Source of the DNA: Candidatus Omnitrophota bacterium
GTDB taxonomy: Bacteria; Omnitrophota; Gorgyraeia; JAHJTE01
Length of the DNA stretch: 64,000 bases
Direction of reading: 5' to 3'
Assembly: GCA_040753675.1 (NCBI GenBank)
Contig: JBFMEB010000009.1
Span: 3,407-67,406, forward strand
How positions within the stretch are numbered: the stretch's first letter is position 1; each line of letters starts with the position of its first letter. Below the pieces are notes generated by a model that saw nothing but the letters and a program-made list of their open reading frames with translations, was not told the origin of the DNA and did not search any database. Of this stretch, positions 12,801 to 27,800 are shown in pieces. The position numbers and the translations under genes were made by a program.

Positions 12801-15800
12801 TAGAAGGTATGATTAGGTTAAGAGACAAAGCCAATAAATTAGGCATAAAGATAGTGCTGGATTTAATGTCGCATTTTGCCAGAGCAAATTATTCGTATGA
12901 ACCCATATTACCGGTTTATATTGCTGATAGGGAAAGGTTAGAGCGTCGTGCTGGCTGGGATGGGATTTCATCTGAATGGTTTGATTCATTTATGATAAAT
13001 ATGCGTCAATTAAAAAATGTAAATGCCTTGGTTAATATTTCTAAAGAATTGGCAAGCTTAGGAATTTATTTACGCGTTGATGTTGGACATGCCTTTGATA
13101 GCGTCTTTCCACTTCACTTTAGGCAAAACGAGCGTAGCCGTCTCTTAGGAGAAGTGGTCAGTACTGGTTTTGATTCATTAGATTTACGCGGAACTTGGGA
13201 GCCAAATATTTCTCTATTGGCAATTGCTTATGAAACACAAAAGGAATTCCATGGATCGGTTATGTATGCAGAGCAATGGCATGGAAATGAGGCGCGGATG
13301 ATTAAATCTGGTGTTACTGCTCCTTACAATCCGCTCCAAAAGGTATTAGAAAATACTGTTCATAATGGCGCAGGTGTTTATCAGCCGCAAGGTCTTTACG
13401 AAACCATGTGTTATCTTAACAAAATTTTATCTGCCTGCGGCGGACAAACCGTTAGTTTATTTAATTCTCAAGATGAAGAAGCGCCTCTAAGTAATTACCA
13501 GAATTCTATCTGGCCGGTAGCAAGTTTCCTGGTTTTCTCTACTTACGGACCTTTGCTTTATCATTTAAGTCGCTTACCCGGCCCTGAAGTTGGAGATTTA
13601 AAAGAGCGCTTTGCAGTAGCTTATTTAGAGAGTTGGAAGCATTGGGTAATGAATCGCTTAAATCATCCCTGGCAAGGAGAAGAAGAGGCGCGCAGAATGA
13701 TTTTGGATAAATATCCATTATTGAGGAATTATCCCGATTATATTAGGCAACTTTTTGACTTTGCAAAGCGCAATCGGATAATTACTCACGGTGAAATTAT
13801 ACCTCTTTTGACAGGGAACGAGCGCGTGGCTGGTTTTGCTCGCAGACAAAAAGGCGAAACTGTCATTTGTCTATTTAATTTTCCAGAGGTTATAGGTAAT
13901 GAGTTAGTTCCTATCGCACATCAAGTTAGTTTTAGTTTAGAGAACTTAGGTCTAAAGCCGGATAGCTTCTATTGGATTCAGGAAATCTACAACAATGAGT
14001 TAGGCCGAGCTAAGAGGTTAAGGAAGAAGTTCTATACCGGTGAAGAGTTGATACATCTTGGATTCTGGGCAAATATGGGTCCGGTAGCAACAAGGATATT
14101 CAGCATCAAAGAGATTCCTTCAGAGCCTAATAGGCAAACGCTGATAATGGAATCCCTGCGCAGATATCACAGGTATGGTAAAAATCGCATAGAGCATAGC
14201 TTTATAGCCAAACTAATCAAATCATCTTTAGTCAATAATCGCAAAAGTGGACGAGAGGCATTTATTGATATATTTGTAACAATAGTTAATTTAATTAAAG
14301 AAAGAAAAATTGATTTAGAAATCGGCAGTATAGCAAACCTTTTAAATGATATAACTAACCAGAATCCTCTTTTAAGGCAAAGATTGGTTGAACGATTAAC
14401 ATTGATAGCGGCAAACGAAAAACTTATACCCGATTCTTTCATACGCCAGCAGGCAGTTGCGACATTGCGGGTTTTAGAGGTAGGCACGATTGTTCTTATT
14501 TCTCCCGAGGCACGTTATGGCGGAGGCAAAGGCGGCGTAGCGCTTTACGTTTCAGATTTTGCCGAATCATTAGCTGATTTAGGCTTTGACGTTGTTGTGG
14601 TGACAGCGCTTTATGGCATAAACAGAGAATTTATTTTTAAGAATTTCCATCCGCGATTTAATGGGGCCTCTGTATTTATAAACTTTCCGAATGCCTATAA
14701 GGAAGGCGAACCGGTTACTTATGGTGCTGGCCAGAGAGTAAATATACTGAATTCAAAAGTGGGTAAAGTCAGAGTATTATATTTGGAGAATAGTTCATAT
14801 TTAGATTATCCTTACGGCGGGCTTACTGGAGAAGATAAGTTAAGACGTAGCCATTTATTTTCGTTAGCAGCCCTGCTGGCATTGCGTAATCAAAATATCT
14901 ATCCGTCAATAATTTTGACTAATGATTGGCCGACATTCTTAGCGCCAGCTTATTTAAAGTTATACAGCGAATTAGCCAGTGATGAACATTTTGTACACAC
15001 TAAGATAGGCTCAGTCTTGCATAATCCTCATCCGAATTACAGCATAACTATAAAGGAAGATAATCGTACGAGAAAAGATTACTTTATAAAGGTTATGGGT
15101 TTAGATCCTTGGCAACATTGGCGGGTAGTTACAGACCCAGATAGCGGTGAGTTGTCACTTACTAATTGTGCGCTAAAAATGTCTGATTTTCTAATTACAG
15201 TTAGTCAGCCGATAAGAGATAGAATTATTAATGAGCCGCATGTCTTTCGTTATCAAGCTGCATATAGCGAGAAACACAAAGCCGGATTATTCTATGGCAT
15301 ACAGAATGCTTTCAGGATGTCCGAAAGGCAGAGGGTATGGTTTATATCCAGAAGCAGTATGGCAGAGATTGCTGATGTCAAGACAAAACATCGCTTATTT
15401 GCAAGATGGTTGCATCTTAAAAAGACAGCTAAGCAAGCTCTGCAAGAATATTTTGGACTGGATAAAGATAGCCAAGATAGAAAACACATTCTTTACTCAA
15501 TGTTGCATCGCATCTCCAATCAAAAGGGATTTCAGTTATTGGTTTGGAAAGTCAATGACCCAGAGACAGGCAAGGAAGAAACGATTTTAGAGAGATTGCT
15601 GCTTTCCGATGAAAGGATACAATTTATTATTGCCGGAGAGCCAGAACATAGTCCTGATGGAGAATACTTTGATAAAGAATTCAGGCGAATCAGCCAAGAT
15701 GTTAGATTTAAAGGCAGATTTGCATATCGCAATACCTTTGTTAATCCTGTTAGCGAGAGAGCACTTTATCGAAATATATATTTGGGCGCTAATTGGTTTG

Positions 15801-18800
15801 TAATGCCTTCTGGCGGTGAAGTTGGTGAACCAGGGGGCTTGAGTAATTTAGAAGCTTTGGCAGCAGGCACACCTGTGATTGCCCATAATCAGGATGGCCT
15901 TAAAACTACAATTCACGATCCATATTTTGGCGATAGCGAGCCGATAAACGGTATAAAGTTTGAAGGCTTTAATGGTCCGGCATTGCTGGCGATACTTATT
16001 GAGGCAAAAAGAATTTATTTTGACGAGGTGCATAGCCGTACAGACAGACGAGGCAGGCCAATAAAGTATCGCACTATAAGTTTTAATGCCGCTAACACAG
16101 ATAGTCGCTGGATTAATCCCCTTAGAGAATATATTGGAATTTTTGAGAATATTATTTCAGGTAAAATTCCAGAGGATGTCCAGGCGATTGAGCTCTTGAG
16201 CGCACTTTCCAGTATACCCGAACAGGAAATCGCAGACGTAATAATAAAGAAAGGCTATAAGCCTTCCAAAGCAGCTGAGATTATTGTTTGGGCGTTATCT
16301 CATCCGATAAATATAGTGCGCAAAAAGGCAGCACAGATAATCTGGCATATGCACAGAGCTGGCGTACAGGATATGCGCAGACTCCTCGAACGAGTTGATA
16401 GATGGGCTAATGAATCGATTAAGCATTCAGCAGAAGTTCTCCTAAGAAGAATAGTTATGCTCGCTTTACTGGCTTTACCTATATTAGGCGCTGCTGGCGT
16501 TGATATAACTGGTATTTTTAGTATTGATTCTACTCCTTATTTGGTCCTTGTAGCTGCGGTATATAAGAGGGGCCATAAAAAGAGAGATAGCCGACATCAG
16601 GTTAGTAAGCACCGTGCAGTAGCTCAAATTCAACGAGATATACGAATCCTTAAACATAGCCAAGGCACCCGACAGGTTCATCGAAATTTAGTTAAAGATA
16701 TACTTAGCAGGCTTGAGTCAGGCAAGTTGGATTTCGATTTGATTAAAAAGTTAGATAATTTAATTTGGCTAAAACATTTGATAAGCGAGATTAGTTGCAA
16801 GAAGAAGTTCACAGAGGTATCTTTCGATTTGCATTTAGAATTACTTAACTTCTTGCTGGGCCTTGATGAGTTTAAGGAAAAACTTGCCAGAACAGTCGAA
16901 CACTTAATTACTGATAAGACAACTTCCCTTTTAGTTAGTCCTAATTTCAAAGCCGCAGCCGCGAGGGCGCTTGAGCAATTTAAAGCGCAAAAGGAAAATG
17001 GCAGTAGCGTTAACTTGCATCCTTTGGTTTTAATATTAGCTTTACTTATTAGTGTTGGTTTTGTCCTTCTAGCTCACAACTCACTACCGATAGCTCATAA
17101 CTTTTCTGCATTTATCCTCTTCGGTTTTATATTCTCTCCAAGCCACAATCCTCACTATAGGAGAGTCAAAGCAATAATCAGGAGAGATTCCATAGATTTT
17201 GAAGGAGAAATAACGATAGAAGAAAAATTTGGCCTGAGAATTAGCTTATCTTGCCTGAGAGATCTTTTACCTGAAAATGGAGAACTTAGAGTTTTGGTTA
17301 TTCATGAGAAAGATGGGCTTAATGTTTCTTCTGTTGGCTATCACAAACTCGCAGCTATATTATACGAACTTTCGAAGGTAAAAGAAAACATCGACCCGCT
17401 CACAACTTTTTTAATTAATGGTTTTAGCATATCTCCTGAGAAAAGTCTGTATCTACAAATTAGATTAGCTCAAATTTATCAGGAAAACTCATCTGTGGTT
17501 GCAGTTAAGTTGATATTCGCCCTCGATGAACAAAGTGAGGTTAGTATACTCAAAGGTGTAATAGATACAATTTCCACATTAGTTAATACAATTGTGCCGC
17601 CGGATTCTCAATCGCTGTTTCTTGAGAAGTTAAGTAAAAAATTACTTAGAAAATTATTCGATGGATTAACTATATTAGTCAGATCTCATCCTAATGAAGA
17701 TATAAGAGCCGAGGCCTTAATGTTGTTTACCGACATATATGTAATGCAGCAGTTAGTTAAAGCAATTGCAGAAGACAAAAGACACATTACAATATTGCCT
17801 TTTTCGTCAATAGAGTTGTTATCGCGGGCCTTAGGAGATGATAGTTATAGAGTTCGAGAAGTGGCGATAATAAGTTTAATTAAGTTAGGGATAAAGTATA
17901 ACCTGCCAGATGAATTAAGAATTCCGATTATTGAGTTATGCCTAAGGGAAGATATGTTAGATTTAGAAAGAGACAACTTAGGAATATTATTTAGCAACCT
18001 TGACTCTTTGGAAGCAGTTCTAATGTTAGAACGAGTTCTCGAGATAGAACTTTCATCGGAAAATCCAAGGCCAGAAAAGATATATTTCTACCTTAGGACG
18101 CTACAAGAATTGACTCCGGTAAGTTATTTTCTACTAAAAAGAATTCATAGCCAAAGACCTGAGCTTGAAATTAGCTTACCAGAAGATAATCCGGAAAAGG
18201 CTATAGGAGGAATAGTAGTTTTATTCGAAGATAGCGAGTCAGGAATTTTTTACAAACTCGTTACAGAACCGGAAAAACCACAGGATATTCAGAGTCTTGA
18301 GCTTAATTTAACTTCGGGGATAATTTTTAATGAGGCGCGCGGTTTAACTGATAGAGATAGAGTTAGGGCATTGGCTTGGTTAAATATTTTAGGCGCTAAT
18401 AAAGATACATTAAGAAAAATCCAGACAGAGGCAAAGATAAAAAGTGCAATCTGGTTTTTATCCGCAATTATAGTTTTGCTTGTGGCTTTCGGCTTTATCC
18501 ATCATCTAGTCCCGAATGTAGAAACTGCTTTAGCTATTCTTCGGGATCCCGAAGTTATTCTTAAGGGGGTAGCTTCATTCGGGATATCTTTCCTTCCATT
18601 TTTCTTTGGATTCATAAGATCGCCAAATGTTGTTCTGGAGAGAATACTACCTTCTTATCCCAAACGGGTTCTGGCAAAAATAACCAGAGAGGGTATTGCA
18701 TTTAAGGTTGAGGAGGGTAGAGAGCTAAGTCCAATAGATAAACGGAATTTAAGGGATAATTTATATTGTTTAATGAAGTGGTTAAAAGTTGGCAGTTACC

Positions 18801-21800
18801 TAGAAGTATGGGTAATTTACGATGACATTGTTAATTTGTCAGTTCCCGGACTTAGTAACTTAGGATGCGTATTAAATCATCTATTAGTGGTTCAGAAGAA
18901 TGAAGAACAAGTGGCAGGGTTTTTGATTAATGCTTTTATTGTTGCTGCCGGAGCCGAGGCCCTATTTATTAAGGAAGCATTGGTAAATGCTTATCGTAGA
19001 AATCCGCCGCTTATACAGAATCGTTTAATAAACTGTTTAGATAGCAGAGTGCATTCACAGATTGTTTCCGGGGCAATAGATGTAATAAGCCAGTTGCTTG
19101 ATAGGGAAGAACTAGAATTCCTCTGCAATGTAAAAGATAAATTGGGCTGGCTGATAGAAAATCATCCAAATGATTCTGTACGAATAGTTGCATTAGAACT
19201 TTGGACAAGTATAGATTTAATTTTAAAGCAAAAAGAAAATGAAGACGACAGTCCGAATAATAGTCTTGGCTTTGAACAAATTCAAATATTTGAAAAAGCG
19301 CTAAAGGACCAGAATTCAGGGCTTAAGAATATGGCATTACTAAGTATAAGGCGCTCAGGTTTTATGTTTAATATGCCTAAGGAATTAATCAAGCCAATCA
19401 TTGACTTGATAAGGGATCCTCCATACCAAGATGTTGAAGAGTTAGAAGCTTTTCTGTTGGCGATTGATAACATTGAGGCGGTTTATCTGGTTGTTGAGGC
19501 AATTGATAACTTAGAATATTTAAAGCTTCCTGCAGTAGATTTTCGCATGAGGACACTAGAGAGATTATGGCCAGTCAGTCATTTTGTTTTAAAGCGCCTT
19601 AAAAGTGAGAGGCCTGATTTGCCTCTTTATTTTAAAAGAGATGACCGAGAGGCAATTAAGGCAATAATAGGGTTACTTGAGTCAGAGGAGGGAGAGATAT
19701 TTGGCGAGGTACTTATAAATGAACCTGTAAGCCCTGAAGAGCTAAGGCATATTTTGATAGATAGGATTATCTTTGATAGCCAAACACTAATTTCTCATCA
19801 ACGTATAACTCCAAAAGCAACGAGAAGGGCATTAGCTACTTTAAGAATTTTAGGTGTTAGTAAAGGAGAATTGGAATCGATTATTAAATCAGTAGGACAT
19901 GGCCAGTCTTTGCTTTTATCAGCAAGCTTACCTCCTTTAGGACTTGTTGATTTTAGAGAAAGTATATTTGGCTACTTGGTTGCGTGGGGAATAATTACCT
20001 TAGCTACAGTTGTTTTTGCAATTTGGGTATACAGCATTATTTCTAAGAAACACAGATATTATAAACAGAAGAAAGAGCTTGAGAAAAAACGAGAAGACAA
20101 GATTTTATCTGCTTTTGTTCCAGACGAGGAATTAACCAACATCAGGAGAATACGGTTTAAAACTTTAAAGAAGCCGACAAATACTATTGCAGGAGAAATA
20201 AGTGGAATTGAGAAGTATTTAGCTTATATTCTGGTTCAGGCAAAGATTGTGGCAAGCATAGTTGAAAGACGCTCCTTCAATAAGTTGAATTTTGTTCCGC
20301 CTTACCTGTTAGAAAGAGCGGGTATTGTTGCAAGACAAGCTTTAGAGAAAGTAACGTCTCAGACTAATCAGACCGTTAGAATAACCAACGCTGTAGAAGA
20401 GCGGGAATTAGCTATGAGAGCCACTGCTTTATTTGAAGGAATGGTTATTGGTCAGGATAGGCTTGATCCTGGAACACATGTTGGGCTTGACGTTATTGAA
20501 TGTAGCGCTGGTTTAAATTCTTCAGTTAAGTTAGGATTATGCTCTCTGGGTATTTATTCAAGCTACTTTCCAGAACATGAGTTTCCAATGGAGCGTACCA
20601 GGGGCGCTGTTTATTATGAAAAATTCATATTGTCTCCGAGGCTCTGCAGAGGCCGTCCTAGCATAGATCTTTCCGGAGATTATAATAAAGTCCTTGAGGA
20701 ATTAGCCAGGGTTAAATATGAGGAGTCTTTGCCAAAGAGAATACTTGACCCAATATTTTCTCTTACCGGTGAAAAGTTTAAGCGAGTTGTAAAAAGTATT
20801 GTAGGTTGGTTTTGGCTTCCCGCAGATAAAATTATTTGGAGATTTATTAAAGTTGGGATGCTGGCAAGGCCTAGACATAAATCTCGATTTGACGAATTAG
20901 TCAGAAGAGGTGTGCCGGTAAAAGAGAAAGATTTCGAGCGCGCTTTAGAGATTGCCAGAGAAAGAGGCATATATAAAAATGGTAACATTATTTTAGTGGC
21001 AGAAGGAGATTGCACGCCCGCCCTAGATTTAGCCTTAGAAAGAGGGACAATAGATTGCTTTATTGGAGCTGGCAGGACGTTAGAAAGTGTATTTGCAGCG
21101 GCAGTGCTTAAATTTAATGGCGGTGAGATTTATACCATACCTGCATCTATTGCCGCGTTGAGCAGAAAAGAGGCAGATATCAATACAGACAGGGATAAAT
21201 TCAATACCACTGAGATAGCCGAAATGAAAAGAATCGGAATCGTTGAGCCGGGAACGGAAAAAGGCAAACAAGTCTCTTGGAATAAGACACGTTCAGCAGG
21301 AGATTTGTTTAAAGCTGATAAAGAAACATTGTTCTCATTCGGATTTATTGAGGATAATCCATGGGGTTTTAAAGGCGCGAAGATGGATTTAAGAACAGGC
21401 CTCATTACTGTTCCGGTTCTTTTTGGTGACGAGACTGGCGAAATAACTATTGCCTATATAAGTTTTGAGACTAACATAACCCAGGAAATCAATAATTTAA
21501 AAGTTGCCAAAGGAAAAGATAGATTTCTGCCAATGTTTCGCCTGGCACAATATTATTGTAAGCGCGGTCTTATTGAACAAGCAAGCATACTCTATGTGGG
21601 AATAAAAAGATTGGCCTCAAGGCATAAAAGCGGTTTTGGTGATTTAATAATTGCTTTGGAAGCATATATTACTGCAGTAAGAATAATAAAAATTGATAGT
21701 CCTGCGGATTATAAGAAACAAGAGGTTAAACGAAGAAGGTATAGAGGACAATATGATGCAGCCCTGCAGCAATTAAGAAAAGTTGCTAAGTATGATCCGG

Positions 21801-24800
21801 ATGATGACTTAGATTCAAGACAGCTTTTAATATCATTAATAAAATTTATTTCATTGTTTATTTTTGACCTCTCAATAAAACAGTTTAAAAATTTGGAAAT
21901 TAAGAGAAAGATAGAGGCCAGTCCCGAGGATATCAGAGAATCCAGGAGCCAAGCCAGGAAAATTAGTTTTAATACTGTTAAAGCACTAAATACCCTGCTT
22001 GAAATAGGAAAAGAATGCGGCCTGCCCCAGGCAGACATTGATTTAATAGAATTGCAAGTTAATGTAATTAAATTGCTTCGGAAAGCAAAAGATAGCCAGC
22101 AAAAATTTGCTACACTTGCTAATATTTTTGCAAAACTTCATGATAAATACAGAAGGATGCATCTAAATGATACTGCATATAAGATGTACGAAGAAGGTAT
22201 GCTTTATTGTCAGAGAGTTATTGATGATTATGGCGGCTCATTGCTTGTGAGTAGCGCAATGCAGATGGCAGAAATTCTTATGGACTCAGCGAGACATCCC
22301 GAAGCAATTGAATGGTTTTTAAATATTTTAGATAGGAAAAGAAGAGCAGGTTTAGTTGCTTTCAAAGGCAAAGAACCTGAGAAGGTGCTTGCAATTATGC
22401 CTGATGAGTTTGCTGCGAAAGAAGAAATTGTCTGGCCGCCATTATTAGAGAAAGCTGTAACTGGTTTAATAGATTCGGCAATAAGTTTGTTTGGATATGA
22501 TGATGTGGAGGCGATATGTAGCCGTTTAGAAGTGCTTTTCTTTAACGAAGATGCAGTTGTCCGCATGATTACTATCAAGGTTTTTGCAGAGAGGAAAAAT
22601 TTGATAAGTAGTCGAATCCTGATTCATTTCTTGGGAAATCCTCTATATATAGAGAAAATATTTGCGGATTTCGATTTGCCAGAATTTAGAGATCGCTTTA
22701 TTATTTATGACAAACGCGATGTTAATTATCCGGGTATTTTGAAGATTATCAAACGAACTGTTGCTACGAGAGCAGTGTTAAATGTTTTAAGGCGCTATCT
22801 TTTAATAGAAAATTTGCCTATAGTAAGGCAGACGTTGAAGATTTTCACGCGAGTTGGCTCAAAAGTTGATTTAGTTATCTTAAGAGAATTCATGGCGAGG
22901 CTAACGGCAAAACCAAGATGGTTAAAGACAGAAGAGAGAGATTCTTTGATAAGATTAATAGCTGGCAAGGGTCTAAAAAGCGGTGTTAAGCGTCGAATAA
23001 ATTCAAGAGCAAAATTCGCAGAAGAAATATTTAGTTTATTTTTAACTGCCGCTTTTAAGCCCAGGGCAGCAAGCGCAAATGTAGTATTAGGAGAAAATGA
23101 AACTGATGAAGAGCTAAAAAGATTGTGGCGTTGGGTAACTAAGATGTTTACTCTAAGTGGAATTAATACAAATAATATTTGTGCAGTTGAATTTGAATTA
23201 GGGTTAACCGATTATCAAATAGAGCGCGTATTTGATTCATTGAATTTAACGCTAATAAATGCAGCCATCAATCGGTTTAATGCGATGAAGGAATTGCCTG
23301 CAGAAATTCCAGTATATGATTTGACTGATGATATGTGCGTTAGTTTGATACCGATGTATGAGAGAGTGCCTCTTGAGCCGGATTTGACTTACAGTACCAT
23401 ATTTAAAATTAAAATTGGCAAACAGAAAGCAAAATTACAAACAACAGTTTTTTGTCTTGCTCCTTTGTTCTTTTTTAATTATTTTGCTTTCGACTATTGG
23501 CTATCAACCTTTATTTTTGGTTTGTTAATGTTTATATTAGCTAACACTAAGTTACTAGGTCCAAGTTGGTGGGAGTGCGACGCAGAATCAACCACAAATA
23601 AACCTGAGCAGAGACCGCCAACTCTGCAACCCAGAAAAGTTGGGCGCTTAACAGAGGCGGGCGATAAAGCGCCACAGCTAATAACAAGACCAGCTGTCAA
23701 CAAGGAAAAGTCAGCTTCAAGTACTGTTGGTAAAGATCAAAAACCTGATATAGGAATAGTTAGAGAGCGGCTAATAGAAGCGGTTAAGGCTTGGAAAAAA
23801 CAAAATAAAAAGCCAGTGATTAATGTTGAGGCTGCTGAAAGACTTTTAATTGGTATTTTAGAAGAATTGGGTTGGCGAGGAAAGATATCGAAAAATGTGT
23901 TTGAAGATTTGGTTATGAAGGTGGTATTTGAAAAACCTAAAGGCGGATTTCTTACATCGTTTATAATTTTAACTAGCATCTGGTATCTAGCATCCAGTAT
24001 CTCAGATCTTTTAGCCCTTAGCTCATTGTTCTTAGCTCCTAGCGCATTTTTATCCAGCATCCAGCATCCAGCATCTAGTATCTCAGATTTTCTAGCCCAT
24101 GGCTCACAGCCCATATCCCATAGCACCCTTGCCTTTTTGCCATTTATATTCGGCATGGCTGCTAAAAACGAAGATAATCCAGACGGTAAGAAGGACCAAT
24201 TAATAAATTTGTTGGTCGATAAAATTGGCATTTTAAATATCAAATTTACGCAAATTTTAGATTTATATCGCAATATCCCAGATGTATTAGAGCGTGCACT
24301 ACAACTGGACCTGGCTTCTTATATCATAGCTAATAAATTAGGCCTTGATGAACGACGTAAGAGAATATTAATAACTGCCTCGTTACTTTTACCTGTAGAC
24401 GACTTCGTAACTTTGAGTGGAGTCAAAGAAGTAATAAGCGAGACCCTAAAGGATGATGATATAAGAGAAGCAGTATCTATTCTTAATTTAAGCCATAAGG
24501 AGTTCAAAACAGGTAAACAAGGCATATTAGTCGCTACAGCAGGAGTTAATTTCGACTTAGTGATTTTACAGCAAGCTCTTTATGTATTAGATTCTCTTAT
24601 TTCACCTGAAGTTAGCGATATAGATAAGTTTCTTAAAGGGTTAGAGAAAAGGCTTCCAACAGGCGAGATTGATAAAGAGCTATTTAAAGCTGTCTTTAGT
24701 TTATGTAAAGATACCAGTAACAGATCAAAACGCTTCAGAAGCTTGTTAGATATTCCGCATATCACTTGTCATTTTGCTGCAGATGTGCCGCAAAAGATAA

Positions 24801-27800
24801 GGCCGAAAATCTCTGATGCCTTGAATAATTTAAGGGATGAAACAGGCGTTGGTAATTTCCATATTGAGTTTATTGGAGAGGGGATTAGTGATTATGTAGC
24901 TTCAGAAATTCATTCCCTACATCAGGCAGGCTTAGATATTGGCCAGAGTAACGAAGATTTAGTGAATTGGTTTGTTAACCGCTTTGGAGAGGAAGCAAGA
25001 GAAAAAGCGCAGAGAATGAGGAGAGATCAGCTTTTTGCTATTCAATGCCGTACTGCTGTAGTTGATACGATGCATAATGCCATACTGGCAAGGCAAGTTC
25101 AACGTTATATTATAGGTTATTCAATTGATGTACAGCCTCTAGCTAAAATTTTAACTATTAAAACCTCCAAAGAAAAGCAGATTGAGATAGACATAGCTGA
25201 TGTGCCGCAAGCACTCAAACCGACTGATTTACAAATTCAAGATGCTGTTACCAGGCATTTTAAATATTTAATAACCAGATGGCAGGAATTAAATCCTAAA
25301 AGTCCTCTTACCATTAATATAAGAGCGCTTTTCTTCAGGCAGGCATATACTCACTATGCAGCAAAACTTAATCGTCTGCGCGGCTCGCCCCTCGATACCC
25401 TTTGGCCCTCTTTTTACGCTGCCTGCGTTATTTATCCTGCCATAAGACAAAAAACACTTGAGTTAATTGACCTTTTCAAGCAAATATCCCAATTATCTAA
25501 CGAAAAACAAATAGACGACGTTATTAGCGGATTCATCTCAACTCTTACTTTAAAACGTCCGCTTACAGAGAAAATAATCTACGAGCATATCCGTAGGGCA
25601 ATCAATCCCAACTGGCAAAAGAAACCCAAACAAAAATCATCTCTTAGGCTTCCTGCGCAAGGCGAACTTTTCGGCGTCTCTATTCTTATGATTGGATTAG
25701 GCCTTGCCTTAGTTTACAATCTAATACATTCAGGGACAAATCCAGAAGTATTTGCTGCTGGTTTTGTCTTTCTTGCAAAGTCTGACAATCTGAAATCTAA
25801 ATTGGTAGAAAAATTAGAGAGGTGGAAAGATACAAACCTAGGCGGGACAATTTTAAATAGGCCATTATTGTTGGTAGGCGCAGTTATGAAATTACTTGCT
25901 GCTAATTCTTCAGTATTTTTGGCAATAATTATTTATAACACGTATTTTACCAACGAACCCTTATCAGACTTTAAACAAATTTTCTATCCTTCGGTTATTA
26001 TGTTATCTTTATTGGTTATGGAATCATTTGAGCCAGTGCAACATTTAATTTTTCCAAAATTTGCCAAACTTTTCTATCCTAATCTCTTTTACTTTAGCAT
26101 TAGTAATTGGATGGCAAGAATTTTGGGAGCAGAAATTCAAAAGGTTCAGAGAAACACTAAGACTGTTGAGGATCTCGATGACTTAGCATTAATTGACGAA
26201 ATTAAATTAAGACATTCGGTTAGATTTTTAAATACACAAAGATTCTTACCAAAGCATATTGTCAGATCAAAATTATCTAAGATACGGGAACTGATCATTG
26301 AGGTAATTGGCATTCTTATCGGAAGTGCCATCTTAAGTTTAGTGGCATTTTCTCTTGTATGGGTGATGGAGTCTAGAGAATCATTGATAGATACTTTTGG
26401 ATACCTATATTTTACGCCACTAGTTTTATTATTCGTAATTATTATATTTAATCTGGGCAATTTCGGTATCCATTTTATCTTTTATCATTTCCATCTTCTT
26501 TATGATGAAGGAAAGATTTTTGTAGGTGCACAGACTATAAATACAAATATTGATCCACGCTTGGTTACTAGGACAGGAGAAGAGACGTCTGAGGATGAAT
26601 TAAGAGGATTATTAGTAAGGTGGCTTTATAGTGTAGACGTAAAGCGCTCTTTAATTACAAGCTTGGATCATCTGATCAGTATACTTCAGGCCAAGGTTGA
26701 AAAATTCGGTGGGAGAAAAATCGGCCGGTTGGTTTTGTATGGGCACGGGGCTACGGGGACTTTTACATTTAATAATGAATTTTATCTTTGCCTATCTAAT
26801 ATGGATGATTTGGATGTGGTAGCTAAACTAAGTAAGATAGGCGAATTCCTTGTAGAAGGGGCAACTGTCGTAATTAGCAGTTGTTATGTCGGAGAAGGCA
26901 AGCGCGGCGATAGATTTATGATTGCTTTTGCTAGAAGAGTCTTTGGCAGTAAAAGAGGCGCATTGATTACCTATTCAGATTCTAATATGTGGCAGGGTAA
27001 AAGATATGAGTATGAGCCTTCTTATTTAGCCGTACCTAAAATTCAAGAGGTGGTTATCCATCGCATCGGACTTCTAGGCTACAAGACAACTCCTTTGGAA
27101 CAAAGGAATTTAGCAATAAGTCCACAGCATGATAGGGTAGTGCAGGAGATTCGAGGCCGGACAATAAGAGACATGCTTACTAGAGGGTTGTCGGTGATCT
27201 TACTTATGTTTGGGGGTTTATCTTTCATTTCTTCAATCCTTTGGCCACAGGCAAGCCTTGCCCCGCCGCTTTTAGCTCATAGCTCGTCGCTCATAGCTCA
27301 TAGCCCGCTTTTATCTAGCATCCAGCATCCAGCATCTAGTATTCAGTATCTGGCATCCAGTTTTCCGTTCCTCATCCCTGCCTCGCCGGCAGATGGATTA
27401 TCGGCCATAAGCTGTGGGCTGATTGCTGGCTTTATAGGTTCGATTTTCCAAAATCAACAGGCACAGTTTGCTACTATAAAAAGAGGCGATGGTTCTATTG
27501 AAGAATGGGAAAGAGGAAAATTAGTTCGAGCACGGGTGCCTTATCGGGGAGAATATCTTGAAATTGTCCGCGTCTCTAAAAGGCATCCGGATTCTTATGA
27601 AATTTGGTTTGCCGGCAAGCGTATAGATGAGGATTTGCCTTATGGATTTGCTTTTAAAGAAAGATTTGATTTTAGGAGAGGGCGCATTTTGGAAGTTGGA
27701 GCTCTATTCCTAAAACCCGATTATCGTAATAATGGCGTAGGTTTTGTGTTGGTTAAATGGCTCGCTCAACATGCGGCAGAAAGGGGCATAACAACACTTA

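Noticed and set aside
15231-15590. Plus-strand 119-aa ORF, out of frame, inside the glycosyltransferase module
   Set aside because: It overlaps strongly conserved GT-B coding sequence in another frame and has no motifs. Spurious.
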